64,000 bases of DNA, taken from NCBI RefSeq assembly GCF_036321535.1, contig NC_087436.1, positions 39,620,001 to 39,684,000 on the forward strand, written 5' to 3'. Shown here one piece after another: positions 51,309 through 64,000 of this stretch. A program made the position numbers and the translations under genes. The stretch is from Camelus dromedarius. Taxonomy: Eukaryota. How positions within the stretch are numbered: the stretch's first letter is position 1; the number at the start of each line of letters is the position of its first letter. The notes under the pieces were generated by a model. That model made no database searches. It was not told where the DNA came from and worked only from the letters and a program-made list of their open reading frames with translations.

Positions 51309-54300
51309 TTGAGACAGAGGGAACTTTACAGAGGCAGGCGTAGTACAATATTGGGCAAGGGACACTCTGATGAAGAGTTGAAGGAAGGAGTGAGGAGGAC
51401 CTAAAAAATAAATTGTACAAAGTATGGGTAACTCAGATTACAGAGAGTTTAGACAGCACAGAAGTTCATCACTGAGAAATCCTGTAGGGAGTCACTAAAC
51501 TTTCCTGATTGGGGAAATAACATGATAAAGATGAGATTTTCGGGGAAAATGGATTAATCAAGAATGTGGAAGATATTACAGAGCAGGGTTAAGAGAGTCA
51601 ACTCTGGCAAGCCAGTACAGGCTCATTTCTCACAGTCCAATCATCTGTAAGTGATCACAGAGCAGAGTGAATGGGGGTGGGGACAAGTCTGAGGGACACC
51701 CCAGAGGGAGGAGGTGGGGGACTGGCTACGTCAGGGGAGGTCTGTGGCACACCACCCCTCTGTAAGGTAAAATGCCATTAAGTGATCTGACACGCTCTAA
51801 AAGAAATCCTACTCTTTTAAACACTTTAGCACAGGTTTAGGTGTAATTTAAGCAAATCAAAATTACCAGGACAACTGTGAGTTTTTCATTGTAACTGGAG
51901 TTATTTCATTTTGAAAAGTAATTGCACCTTTAAATTTAGGTACATGTTTATGAATGATATAATTGTCTGAGGTACAACAGCAGGATACAAAATCTCACAT
52001 CGCTCTATGCCTCTGTTTCACTTTTAGCTGTAAAGTGTTTTTGGCTGGATACAAAAGGTCTTAGCACATTTTGCATTTCAGATGGCAGTGTCTCAGTTTG
52101 TTCCTATTGTCAGAAGTGAAAGATACATAACTCATACAGTTCTTAGCTGTGAGGAGGCAGAGTGGTGAGGAGTGTTTGCTCTCACTCTTTAGGATGGTTA
52201 TTAGGAACCTATCAAAGCTACCTTCTCCGTGAGCAGGTATAAAACACTGAAAGACATGTCCTTTCCATTAAACGCTGCAAGTTTCCTCCTGAAGCCAAAG
52301 GGAATTCTAGTGTATGTCCCCGAGTATAGGATTCAGTCCACCATATTTAAATGGATACATTAAGATTCTCGAAGTCTTCTGCAAACCTTTTCCAACCACA
52401 TATCTCACTTTGCTGTGGCCAAACTTAGTCTTTGGGGTGGACTTTCAAAATTTCCTGTCCCTACTGCAAACTTGACCATTACCAACAACAATGGGAATCT
52501 CTCTGTCTCTGTTAGCTCTGAAAATCTCAGGATGGACTTAACTGTCCATCCTGTTACATGACACTGTCACTCCTTCTTCTGCATTAGATGGCACTGTAGC
52601 AGCTTCTCCTGAGCCTTTCAGTGGTGGGGCAGCTCTAGGAAGACAGGGACGTGTGGAAAATTAAGCTCCTCCACACAGTTCCCCTGTGAAAACTTCTCAG
52701 TATGTGGCTGACATTCCAAATGTGGTAAGACCCCGCAGTCACACACAGCCACTGTGGAAAGTATCTCTCCTTTGTACTTCTTGGTGCTACTGTAATTAAA
52801 ATTTTTTTAAAGCCGGTCTCCCTTGTCTAACTGTAAACTCTAGGAGGGTAGAGATAATGCCTCTTTTGTCTATCATTGAGCCCAGAGGCACAGAGTAAGC
52901 ACCCAATGGCTATTTGTGGAGTTAGTTGACTACAGTGTCATATTAAACTCACAGGTTAATCTGACACTTCTGCTTTATTCTAATACCATAAATTATTTTT
53001 AGCATTACATATCACTATTAATAGGGTTATACTTACCTGTAAATTTGCTGGAGTTAATGTCTCTTTTATTTAATACTAAGAAGATATATTCATACCATCT
53101 CAACATGGAACAAAAAAGTAACTATGGTAGATGATAGATCTTCACTCACTCAAAGATACCTTTCAGTTAATCATTCTTCAAGCAGTTATCATGTATCCAC
53201 TGAACACCTGCTCTGGGCTTAGTGCTGTACTAAGTGCTGGGGACACCACAGTAGTGATGTTAGGAATGACCGTCTGCAGAAGCAGGTCCCTATTGGAGGA
53301 AATAAGACTCGGGAAGCAACAGCCAGTACTATGTTGCACATAATAAGTAGTGGTTTGTGCTGTGCAGACTGTATCTGTTACAAGTTCTGCTAGAAAACGC
53401 AAGAGAGATAACTGAAACCTAGGAAAGTGAGGGGCGTCTTCTGAGAGACATGGTATGTTGGGGGACATGGCGTGCTGGGCCGGATTTGGATACGAGAACA
53501 AGGTAAACGTGTCAGGCATAAAAACCCGGCAAGGCTGAAGAAATGGTCACAGTGTGCTTATCTGAGAGTTAGACTAAACTAATTACAAGGCACTAGGTGC
53601 TGGGTTGAAGATGGAAATAATATTTCATTGGAAGAGGGCTGCGGACTGATGAACATCCTTGGAAATGACTGTGAACACAACAGTGTTGACTTGGAAACAG
53701 CACTGGATGTATCTGAACAGATGAGAGACAATAAAAATACTGTGTACAGATGATCCATTAAGCAGAGACATCCAGAACAGACCAAGAGCAGTAACATGAA
53801 CAGAGAGCGTACAAGCCGCGTTGCACAAAGTGAAGAAGTGGGTGGGGTCAGGACCATCCCAGCCAAGATGGCGGGGGTGGTCTGAGTCCAGACTGAGGGG
53901 TTTCTCAGGGAGAATGGAAACAAAGAGAGACTTGGGAGGAAGGCAGAAGAGGACATGATTACTGGTTGGGGAATGGGCAGGCCAGGGAACTAGAAGAAGA
54001 AAAGTGCCAGTAATAACAACACCATAGCTTAGAGTGGAAATTGGCTTGAGCTAGTGACGGACTCTTAGGGCTCAGGCAGGTGACTAAGTGATGCTTGGGG
54101 AGAGAGCAGAATCACAATCTTCCACCAAACAGTTGGATGCTGACAAACAAGAAAGTCAAGGGAATATTCGAAATTGATGGGTCACAGGCAAATCTCGATA
54201 TGCTGCACAAACTCAATTCCTCAGGAGAGCCTTTCTGACCAACTCCACTCCTCCCCCTTTAGACCAGGCCCATAGATTATATGGTCTAATTAGAATTCCT

Positions 54301-55251
54301 GTCCCTCTGGGGACTTTATCACCACTCTTACTAAATATTATTAGCAACATTATTTTTTAACGTCTCTCTGTTTTGTTAGCCTGCAATTTCCAAGGATATA
54401 GGACTCAAACAGGATCTTTCAAACAGGACCCAGGATAAAAACATTTTTAAAGGCCCACAAGATCAACAGGCAAAAACTTCAGTATAGTGACGACTGTGTT
54501 CTTGAAGGGCTCTCACAAAAGTATATTGAAAATGACAGACTTTTGCATGGTCTGAAGGGCTCTCTGAATAACCAAAGGGCAGGCACACTAGCCTGCATGT
54601 CAGTCTCCATGGACACAGCCATCTATCTTGGAGGTACAGAGATGACAGTTGTGGTTGAATATGGCTATCCATTTAATCCATGGTGAGGAGTACGCTGAAT
54701 GACCAAGAGACTGTATATTAAATTTAGACTATCAACGGACCATTTAGGCAGGCATTTTGGAATAGTCACAGTAAATACAGGAAAGCTGCAAGGCTGGGCT
54801 AGTTACAAACATCGCCACCTCATCAGGATTTCCTATAAGGCACACTGAAGGGAATCGCATCACATGAGAAGGCAGAAGAACAACAACAGCAACACAGCAA
54901 GCACCAATGAACGCTGCTGTGAGCCAGCATGGTCTTGGGCCCTTTAAAGGCTAAGTAACATGCCCAAGGTGCCACAGCTTGTAGTAGCTGAACTGATTTT
55001 GAACTTGACAGCCTACATCAAAGATACCGTACACCTGGGAAGGCAACAGCAGCACGTCCCTTTCCTGGTAGGAACATGTAGGAGATGGATATCAAGCAGC
55101 TCTTACCTGTAGATGCTGCAGTTTCCTCATGAAATCGGGGATACTTGGGGTACCTACTTAATACGGTTTTGATGAGAATTATAAGATAAAAGCATAAAAA
55201 GCTCTTAGAAAACTGTCTGGCACAGAGAATGAATATACTAAATGCTACCTG

Positions 55252-55276
55252 TGATGATGATGATGATGATGATGAT
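55252..55276. repeat. (TGA)8 microsatellite at a MIR end
   Basis: Direct reading. Confidence 0.9.
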
Positions 55277-55389
55277 ATAAATAACATGAAATAAGAGAAT
55301 ATCCTGAAGATGGCCAATAGAAATGGACCAAGGTTCATAAAGGGACAGCTACAAGTATTCCAGTGTGAGCAGAGTTGTGGGAAGTACAG

Positions 55390-56565
55390 GAAGTCCACCT
55401 TTGATGCAGGAATCTAAAGTCAGATGGGTCTCAGTGCAGAAGAGGTCCAATAAGAGGCATAACCAGCACCATGTCCATCCTTGGGCTTCTTCTAATTCCT
55501 CCCCCTTTTCCCAGATGAGCTCACATACTCCCTGGCTTTCATTACCATCTCTGCTCCCCAAATTCCAAATGTTTATTTGTAACTCAGACCTCCTTCCTTT
55601 GAGCTCCAGGATTTCAACTTGAATTATTAACTTGATACAATAACAACTCACAGTAGTTGTGCCTTTTCTGATTACACACCAGCCACTCCTTGGCTCCACT
55701 GGAGTCATGCAGAAGCAAACGCAACCTGTCCATAACTGAAGTTCTGATCTACCCTCTAAACTCATTTTCATCTTCTCATAACCACCTAGTGCTTCAACCT
55801 TGACACCTTCTTTTCCCTCGCTCCTGCTTATCTAAACAGAGCCAAGTCCTCTCATTCCTTTTTCCCAAAACTCATTCAACCCAGTGCACTTCTCTGCTTT
55901 TCCAGGCAATGTCCCTCTCACTAGAGCTACTGCAATGATGAGCCTTACCAGAAACACTTCTGGCCTCCCTCGATACTTTTCTCAGTCCAGCATCAAAGTA
56001 CAAATCTGATTCCTTCTTCCCAGCTGAAAATCCAACAATGGCTGCCCATTTCACTTACTGATAAAACCCAAATTCCTACACATGTCCCACAAGACACTGA
56101 GGTATGCTTCCCGCTCTCACATTGCAGGCCTGATTCGACGGTGTGCTCCCCACTAAGTTCCAGGAAAGCGGGTCCTCTTTCAGTTCTCCCAAAGGGGTTA
56201 CCACCTCTCTTCTGACTGAGGGTCCTCTCACTCTTACCTGCTGTTCTCCTTGTGTGAAAGTTTTCTCCCCTCTTCTCATTTGGCTTCATCCTCCAAATCC
56301 TATGGCTCTAAGCCTGTGTCCCCACCTCACAAAAGCCTCCCTGATCCCTCAGATCTGCTAGGTCTCCCTGTAACACACTCTCACATCACCATCTACTTAA
56401 ACTCTGCAGCACATTCCAGGGTTATAATTAATCATGTGATTTCTGTGTACTTACTATTCCTTCATAGATTGGAAGCATCTGTAAGTACCTTCCCTGTTCA
56501 CATCTGTATTCTTAATATCAACACACTGCTTGACGTAAGAACATCCCCCCTGAAGAGTTGTTAAA
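55390..56565 (+). mobile_element. Degenerate L2
   Basis: ccctggctttcattaccatctctgct...caaatgtttatttgtaactcagacc and gataaaacccaaattcctac. Confidence 0.6.
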
Positions 56566-58439
56566 AGAGTGAAAAAGAGCCTCTGCTAAATTTTACAAAT
56601 AGCAGCTGCATTCACAAACTAGGGCAGCCATGAAGTAAAACCATCTTCCATGGCAGGATACCTCCATCAGTCACACTGGCCTCAAACAGTCAGGGTGATA
56701 ATATAAACACAGTGAATGGCAGTGACCACTTTGACCACAGCCATAAATCAGGCACATCCAGAATGTAGCTTTTATTGACTCTCACTCAAGTACCTATTTT
56801 TCCCATTCTGATATTTTTCAGAATTCAGAGTGGTTGGAGCTGTTTTGCAACACATCTGTTTTTACAAAGAAAAACATCTGTTTCCACCAAGGAAACATTA
56901 GCCATTATTTAATTATCTACCATTAATGAAAGGCAGAGGAAGCAATTATTTTTTAGAATCACAGGCAATACCATCTACAAAGTGAAGAACTGAATATGTA
57001 CAAACATACATTTTGCAAAGCATTGCAAAATCTGCAAGGGGAAGTCCCAACTTGTCATTATAACCTATCTTTCTTCTTCCACTAACACCCACCATCATCC
57101 CAAAGTAAAAATCAATTTCTAAATGGAATAGAATCATGTTGGCAGTACAAGGAATGTGAAAAAAGATTGCCATCTGGAAAATGAGTATTAATAACTAAAG
57201 AACTTCAGGTTCTAACATAAATGAAATATTTTTAAAAGATCTTGACAATATTCCTCTTCCACAAAATTAGCTATATTTTATAGTGTTGAAAAATGCATTG
57301 GGAGGCCTCAAAAACATTACATGAATTTGCTAAGAGTAATTTAGTAATATTAAAACTTGACAAAGAACTTGCTTTTCTCTGAGAAAGACTGTGTGAAATT
57401 GTGTCAAATTAATTGAACCCTGCTGTGGTAGGCAGCAAGATGATGATTTGCATGGAGTACGACCAAGACTATATTCTGTCTCTGAACTGGGGTTTTTTTT
57501 TTAAGATGGATGTGAGAAAAACTGCACTTGGGGGTATTAGCTTTGCTTGATATATTAGATGAAAAATGACTTTCTATTGCAATTTTCCATCCTTCTTTTT
57601 ATTTAGAAATTACGGAGGAAAGAATACCTTTTGTTCATGTCCCTCAGTGTTATACTGTCCAGTGAGGCAAGAGGAGAAAACTATCCCACTGTTGCTTGCC
57701 GTCTGTTCTGCCTTATGATTTAAAGGGGAAGTCTGCCTGGATCCTCTTAAATTGAGCTAGAACGTGTGCATCCAGGTGCACCCAACAGCAGGGTATTATG
57801 ATTACTGCCAGTGCAGTTTTCAGGATATAATCTAACTCTTGTCATTTTTATCCTTCTTCAGAGTCCTGGGAATAAGAGGTTATTAACCCAGTCTCTCACT
57901 ATTTGCCTGGACCATAAGATGTAAAGTTACAGATCAGTTTTTGGCTATGTTTGAGGGAGGGTTACATGAACCGGAGAAGCAGAGGCAGCCAGTCTGCAGA
58001 GACAGGGTAATGCAAAAGGAGCAGAGAAGAGCAATGAAAAGATGTAACGGGAAGTCCTGAGGCGGTCAGAGGTCCTAGTCCTGTTACTCTCTACCCTGTG
58101 GGTGTGTCAGTGAAGAAGTCAGACAGATTCTTCCTCTGTTACCTCGGGCATCTTTCAGAATAAGTGATCCTCAACCCAGTTGGGGTGGTAAGAGAGGAGA
58201 AAGTAATCACCTAAACTAGAGGTACACACCTCATTAGGGAAGGCACCACATGACATTGTCCTGGGAATGGCTTTAAGCCTGGCACAAGAGTAGGTGCTGA
58301 GTAAACATTTCTTGAATAAATGAATGATCATTTCATACAGCAGGGTAGAAGTGGCAGACATAATTGGACTGGTGTATGAATTTCCTATGTTATATCAAGA
58401 GGCATATCAATCACAAATATTTGAAACCTATAGACAGAC

Positions 58440-58695
58440 AATGTAATTTAGTTGTTAAGGGCCTGTGCATTGGAGCCAGACTCAAACTGAATTCCAAGTT
58501 TACCACTTGCCAGGGATGTGATTTTAGATAAGTGGGTAACTTTGCTCACTGCCTCACCTATGAAGTGGAAATAATTACAGTATCTATCTCAGATAATCTT
58601 TGTGAAGATTACATGAGCTAAAAATGCATATGTAAAGTGCTTAGAACAGTGCCTGGTACAGGTAACCATTCTATGAATGTTAGCTGTTATTTTAA
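58440..58695 (+). mobile_element. MIR SINE (further MIR relics at ~1990-2180, 4160-4360, 10030-10320, 19210-19430, 21510-21700, 24630-24840, 25760-25950, 32140-32330, 34350-34530, 39940-40180)
   Basis: tggagccagact...tgtaaagtgcttagaacagtgcctggtaca core. Confidence 0.75.
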
Positions 58696-61325
58696 TAACT
58701 TAACATATCTACTTCTAAAAACCTAGACGGTAGCACTTATCCTCAATAAGTTTAGTTTTGCATTATTCTTTAATCTTTTCTCACATCTATTTGTCCTACC
58801 CTCCAGAACAATTTCCACAGCATTGGCCAATAAAAAGGATTGGAAAGGCTCTCTGAGACTGATTTTCCACATGAGGGACCAAGGTCGAGAGCCAGCAAGG
58901 GAGTCGTCCAAGATTATGGCTCTCATGGCAGAACCAGGCCTAGACTCCAGATCTAGCTTCATGCTATTCTCCAACACTGTAACCAAAGAAAAAGATTTAA
59001 AAATGAAATAAATGTGAAATAGATACTCATCACTGAGGTGCTAAAAGGTTTTAATATAGGACTTCGATACTTGATTTTTTTTTGGCACCAGGTAGTGAAG
59101 AGTTACAGCCTTCAATCCTTTGTAGGAGTTTTCGTGAAATAACTTATCATACACGTTAATTGCAGCAGGGCCTGACTTTTTTTCTAGTTATGCAACTTAT
59201 GTGAAATTGATGAAGAATGTTTAGTGCAACAGGAACAGATAAATCACTCACTGTGACATTCCAGAGCCTAAGAATATAGTTTTTTTTTAAAATTAAAAAC
59301 AAAAAGACAGACAAACCAATTGATTTTCTAAAACCAATTCTTGGGTATTTTAAGAGACACTTCAATTATAAAACAATTTTGAGTATTGTTCAGACTAGCT
59401 ATCTTTACAATGCAAGCTGTTACTTTTGTGGCCTGGCAGCATCCTCTAATCTGGACAGGTGTTCAGAGTTAGTGCATTTCATTGTGAATGCTTATCTCCA
59501 ATAGCCACAGCCCAGGATAAGTAAACTTCCACTGTCTTTCCCCTATTGTCTAAACTGTCAAGCAATTAGAAATCCAAGGCAGTTATTTAGTTGAGAATCA
59601 TGTTTTCATCACCAATTCCATTTCCTTGTTTTTGTAGTGCAGACAGATCACAAAGTATTTAAATATAGTTTTATTTGAATATTCCTCGAATTTTATTTAA
59701 ATTTAAAAGTTGGCACTAATCACCAAACAGCAGTTGAAACTCAGTCAGGATTCAAGGAAGTCACATGAGTCCCTGAATTAAAAGAAATATTTGCAATTTC
59801 TTTATGGTTTTAAAATTGTTAAATGACAGGTCAACTTTAGAATATACAGATTCTAGCTCATACTGTCTTCTTCAGCAGAAGATATTGTTCAGAAGAAAGA
59901 ATCTCAAATGCCTGATTATCTCTTCCACTGTATTTTTTTCAACAAACCTTTCAGTTACACCATAAAATACTCTTAATATTTGCTACAATCTTCAGAAACA
60001 ATACTTTTCTCAAGGAAATGTATTAAAAGAGAAGCTATACTATAAGTGAGCTGAACTGAACTATAACGAATCTCTAGAAAGAGATGGAAATTTCATTTTA
60101 TTTTAGTAACGAGAATTCTTCATTCTAAAGACTATGAAGAAAAGTAACTCACGTGAACAGTTTAATATCAATATTTACTTACAAAAAGAAAGAAGCCTCC
60201 TGTTTCACCATCAACACCATAAAGAAAAACAATGAAAATAACAGACAGATACTGTCTATGTTAACTAGAGAAAGAAAAGAGAAAGCTTGTTAAGGCAAGC
60301 CTCTTAATATCTTCAGTACTCTTTTCTTTCAAATTTATTTTTGAAATCTCCTTCTCAAGTACAATATTAATAGGGAGATATGGTTGAAGAAAAAGGGGGA
60401 AAATGCCCTTCAGCTGAATATCAGATGTTTGAGGGTTTCTCTTCCATATCATTCTGCTCTTGTGGTGAGTGGAATAGCTGATAATATGATCTTTTCTAAG
60501 AAAAAGAAAAGGTGGGTTTGAGATATGTTTCACACACGTCTCAGGATTTGATTTGTATTTTAATATTAAGAGGTAGCTGTTTACATTACTTAGGGGTGAT
60601 TTCTCCCAAACTCTTCCAGATTACATATGTTGCTATACTCCAAAATGTTTATAAAGAGTATGGATAAAATTTCAACTTTAAATAAGTTTGTGGCTTAAAT
60701 AGTTTCCAGATATTAGAAGAACTAGTTGGAAGATGATATAGGTAAACCCCTTAAAGAATGTAACTTGGTTCTTAAAAAAAAAAGTGGACATATTAAATGA
60801 AAGATATATGCATTTTGTTTTAATTTAAAGCTTCTACATTCAATACTTTAGCTATTTCTAGCCAGTTGCATTTAATTTAATTAAATGTATAATTTTAAAT
60901 AATGTTTATAAAATGAATTGCATCAAACAGAAAAACATATTGAGGATCATTACTATATAGACAGGTAGTTACAGTTTAAATCTCTGTAAATTGCTTAAAA
61001 GTTTCTAGTCCATCAAGCAACAGACGTGTTCTGTTTAACAAATCTGCTGCAGAATAATTACAAGTTGTTGTTGGGGATCTTAAATAATTACAAGGGATCA
61101 TCTCCTTAATACTTCAATTTTATAAAAGAGAAGCTTTAAAATAACACCAGAATAAGATATTTCTTTGTTTCACCTAATTTAACTAAATGCTCTATTTCTT
61201 CTATAAGGGTAAAATTAGGCACTTGTTCAGTTCTGAAATTCTTAGATTAATTAAAAACAAAGTTGCTACTGCTACATTTATGAATGAGCCATTAATTTAT
61301 AGCATAAATAAACAGATACACTTAC

Positions 61326-61430
61326 CTGGAATTAAAATTGAGAGATGCTGAAAACGCTTGAGAAAGTTTCAATACATAGAAAAGAAACTGTAACCGCAGT
61401 ATCCACTACCCCTGGCTCAGGCTTTTTGGC
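61326..61430 (-). other. NDST3: Probable non-coding 5' exon of NDST3 (5' boundary uncertain)
   Basis: Perfect consensus donor CAG|GTAAGT (minus strand, 61326/61325) about 0.5 kb downstream of the CpG island, in unique sequence. Confidence 0.55.
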
Positions 61431-61859
61431 TTTACAAGTGGCAGCAATACCAGTTCAGGCCCAATACCCTTGTGTTATGTAACATCTCATTAATATTGGC
61501 CATCAAACTGCTACCAAGCTGGTGAGGCACTAGAGGGCAAGAGTGTCACATGCAAGACCCGCCGCTAAGGGACAGGCTTTGGTACCACTTCGAGAAGACA
61601 GATGCTAACTAAGCTGATAAATAACACGATGCCTGAACGCAGCAGCGAACTTGTGATGTTCCTCAAAGAATATATTAAATGTCAATTTTCTGTCTAGCTG
61701 AAGGGTTAACAGGTTAATAAATATGCATAAGCAAATAACCACACCATGCAAAACTTTCGGGATTGTATTTACAAACCTACAGTCATCCAAAAGTCTAATT
61801 TTTTTTCATTATCTAAATAAACTTATTTAAAACAGGAGAGGAAAGGCTGATTCAATAAA

Positions 61860-62640
61860 ACGAGCGGCGGTTTCAGGACCCCCTTCAAGCCGCGAGAAAC
61901 TTGTCCTGACCGTGCGCGCCACCTCTGGAGTCTGCATCCCAAGTCGCCGGGTCCGGCTTCTGGGCGAGGACCGCCCGGTCCCTGGTGATTCCCTCGGGCT
62001 GCGGGCGTCCCCGGGACCCTCCCTCCCGGGTCCTCGGCCTCCGCTGCGGCTCTCGGGGACAATGCGGTGCCAGGAGCCGGGCGGGAACGACGCGCGGGCG
62101 GCCGGTCCCCGCGGACGCGGCGGGTGGGCGCCTCGGCCGGTCCGGGAGCGCGGGCGGCGCCGGGCGGGAGCGGCTGCGGGGAGAGCGCGGCGGGCGCGCC
62201 GGGGACTCGTGCGCTCGCTCCGACGCGCTCCGCGGCCCCAGGACCCGCCCGGCCGCGCCGCCGCCGCCCTCACGCCGCCTCCCCGATCCCGGCCCGCGCG
62301 CGCCCGCCCGCCGGGGGAAGGGGAGGGGGCGGGAGCCAGGGACTGGAGGTGCCTTCATCCGCCCGCCTCGCACTCGGGTCGGCCCCGCGGGTCTGGCCCG
62401 CCTGGGCTTCGGCTTGGGGAACCCAGGGGTCCCGCCCCAGTCGGCCGGTTCCGACGGCCACTGCGGGCAGGTTGGTGGCGGCCGTGAAGGATGAGACGGG
62501 TTGCGCCGTATGGGAAGTGGGTGCGGGTCCTTAGGCGGCGCCGGGAAGGTGGGGCGCACCCACATCGTCCCCTCTGGTCGCGCTCCTGCGGGTGACGCTT
62601 GACCTGGTAGTGAGCTGCGGGCGTCTTGGAGGTTGTAAGC
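61860..62640. promoter_or_regulatory. CpG island / NDST3 promoter
   Basis: Abrupt GC- and CpG-rich block in an AT-rich background, with several GC boxes (GGGCGG/CCGCCC). It lies 5' of the minus-strand gene. Confidence 0.9.
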
Positions 62641-62891
62641 CGGGAGGTGCCTCTGTTTGCTGGCTTTCTAAAGGCCATCTGCTCCAGCTCCTGAGGACAA
62701 GTGGAAGGCTAGCAACTGGAGGGACATTTTGGATACAAGGTGTAAGGTTACGCTCTTCAAAACTACAAGTTAATTAGGAGCCTCAATCGAAAGACCCCCC
62801 CCCCCCCCCTTTTAATTATCATTTTGATCCACTGACATAGCATATGTAAAAGTTTCAAATGTGGACAGGGGGTGGGTCTACTAACGATAAC

Positions 62892-63444
62892 TTGTAGTGG
62901 GTATTTGTGGCTTTGCTTCCCAGCTCCTCATTCCTCTTCATGTAAACGATACTCTTTCTGGAGTCTCGAGCCAGCCAATTTACTTCAGGTGATGTCAACC
63001 ACTGCTCTTACTCACTGGGTGACCCCCAACTCAGGTCTGGCCATTGGAGGCATTATGTCTTCCTGGTAGCTAGGACTGATTTACAGAGAAATGTGTGACC
63101 CCAAGTCTAGACAATCAGAGACAAAAAAGTACTGTTTTGGGGACTTTTTTTTGGCGCCCCCTTAAGGACGTGGACTCTCTTCTATGGGACTTTGCAGAAT
63201 GAGATGTAATCTTCGTGTCACCAAGTGAAGTCTGGGAATGAAGCTACTACTCCCAGGTAGGCATACGAGAGTTGCGGAAAAGCTACACACAGGTAGGGAT
63301 ATTTGAGCTCTGAATCCAGCAGTGGCCGAAACAAGGTCTTCACTCTGGATATTTTCAAATATGAATCAACAAAGTCAGTTTTATCTTGAGGCAGCTGAGT
63401 TAAAATTTCTGCCTGTTGGAATTGAAAGAGACCCAAATGATACA
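62892..63444 (+). mobile_element. Old MaLR LTR (MLT1J/K-like) upstream of the promoter
   Basis: tttgagctctgaatccagcagtggccgaa...gaaagagacccaaatgataca 3' end. Confidence 0.65.
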
Positions 63445-64000
63445 GAAATTAAATATTTTGGTTGTTTATTAATTTCATGGAGGTGTTTGGATACTATATA
63501 CAAGAGCTTCGATTAGATCCTAATGCTTGAATTAACGTGGAATTTTAAAAAGCTCAAAAGTTGTATATTCTCTTTGCTCTACATGATAAAAGAGTTAAGA
63601 AAGTAACTGAATCAATTACTCCTTCTGGAAGCCTATGGAAGTGTCAAGATGGTAGGATTCTTTTGCCAGGTGACATGTATTAGATTGGTTTTATTTATTT
63701 ATATTTTTATTTTTTTGTGGTTCCTCCAGGAGTCTTGTGCCTTTCAGGAATTTTAAGAACCTACATTTATTATTTTTTTATACTTCTTTTCCAGAGAACC
63801 TGCTTTGTCATTCAAGCACCTTTACATTCATCATTCCAGTTTCAAAAAAAAAAAAAAAAAAAAAAAGAAAGAAAGAAAGAAAGAAAAGGAAAAAAAAAAA
63901 AGAAGAAAAGTAATTGAACATCTACTTAATAGCCCTGGGAGTACAATAATATTTTAAAAAGAACATAAAAGCAGGAAACTTCCTTGCCCTTTAGTTACTT

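Noticed and set aside
57830..58200. Possible old LTR fragment
   Set aside because: Resemblance too weak to assign a family or boundaries without a Dfam search.
61823..62678. Cluster of long overlapping ORFs (up to 226 aa) on both strands
   Set aside because: Low-complexity Arg/Pro/Gly/Ala translations, as expected from stop-codon scarcity in a CpG island. No recognisable domain.

Overview
Mammalian genomic DNA, AT-rich and repeat-dense. It is most likely camelid: it has a tRNA-derived Vic-1-like SINE and camelid-type L1 3' ends, with no recognisable BovB/Bov-tA, PRE1 or Alu. The window holds the 5' part of NDST3 (heparan sulfate GlcNAc N-deacetylase/N-sulfotransferase 3) on the minus strand. 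The parts are a CpG-island promoter (~61860-62640), a probable non-coding exon ending at a perfect donor (61326), the large first coding exon (48458-49596, ATG at 49438), an 88-nt exon (8352-8439) and a 155-nt exon (273-427). The gene continues beyond position 1. The introns contain L1, L2, MIR, LTR and hAT MITE relics. I found no convincing new multi-gene system. The best leads are post-transcriptional features of NDST3: uORFs plus an in-frame upstream ATG, an intron read-through truncated isoform, and an AUG-containing circRNA candidate flanked by inverted L1 ends. Other leads are a D-to-G change at a family-conserved residue and an internally deleted L1. Repeat family names and comparisons with human proteins are from memory, not from database searches.
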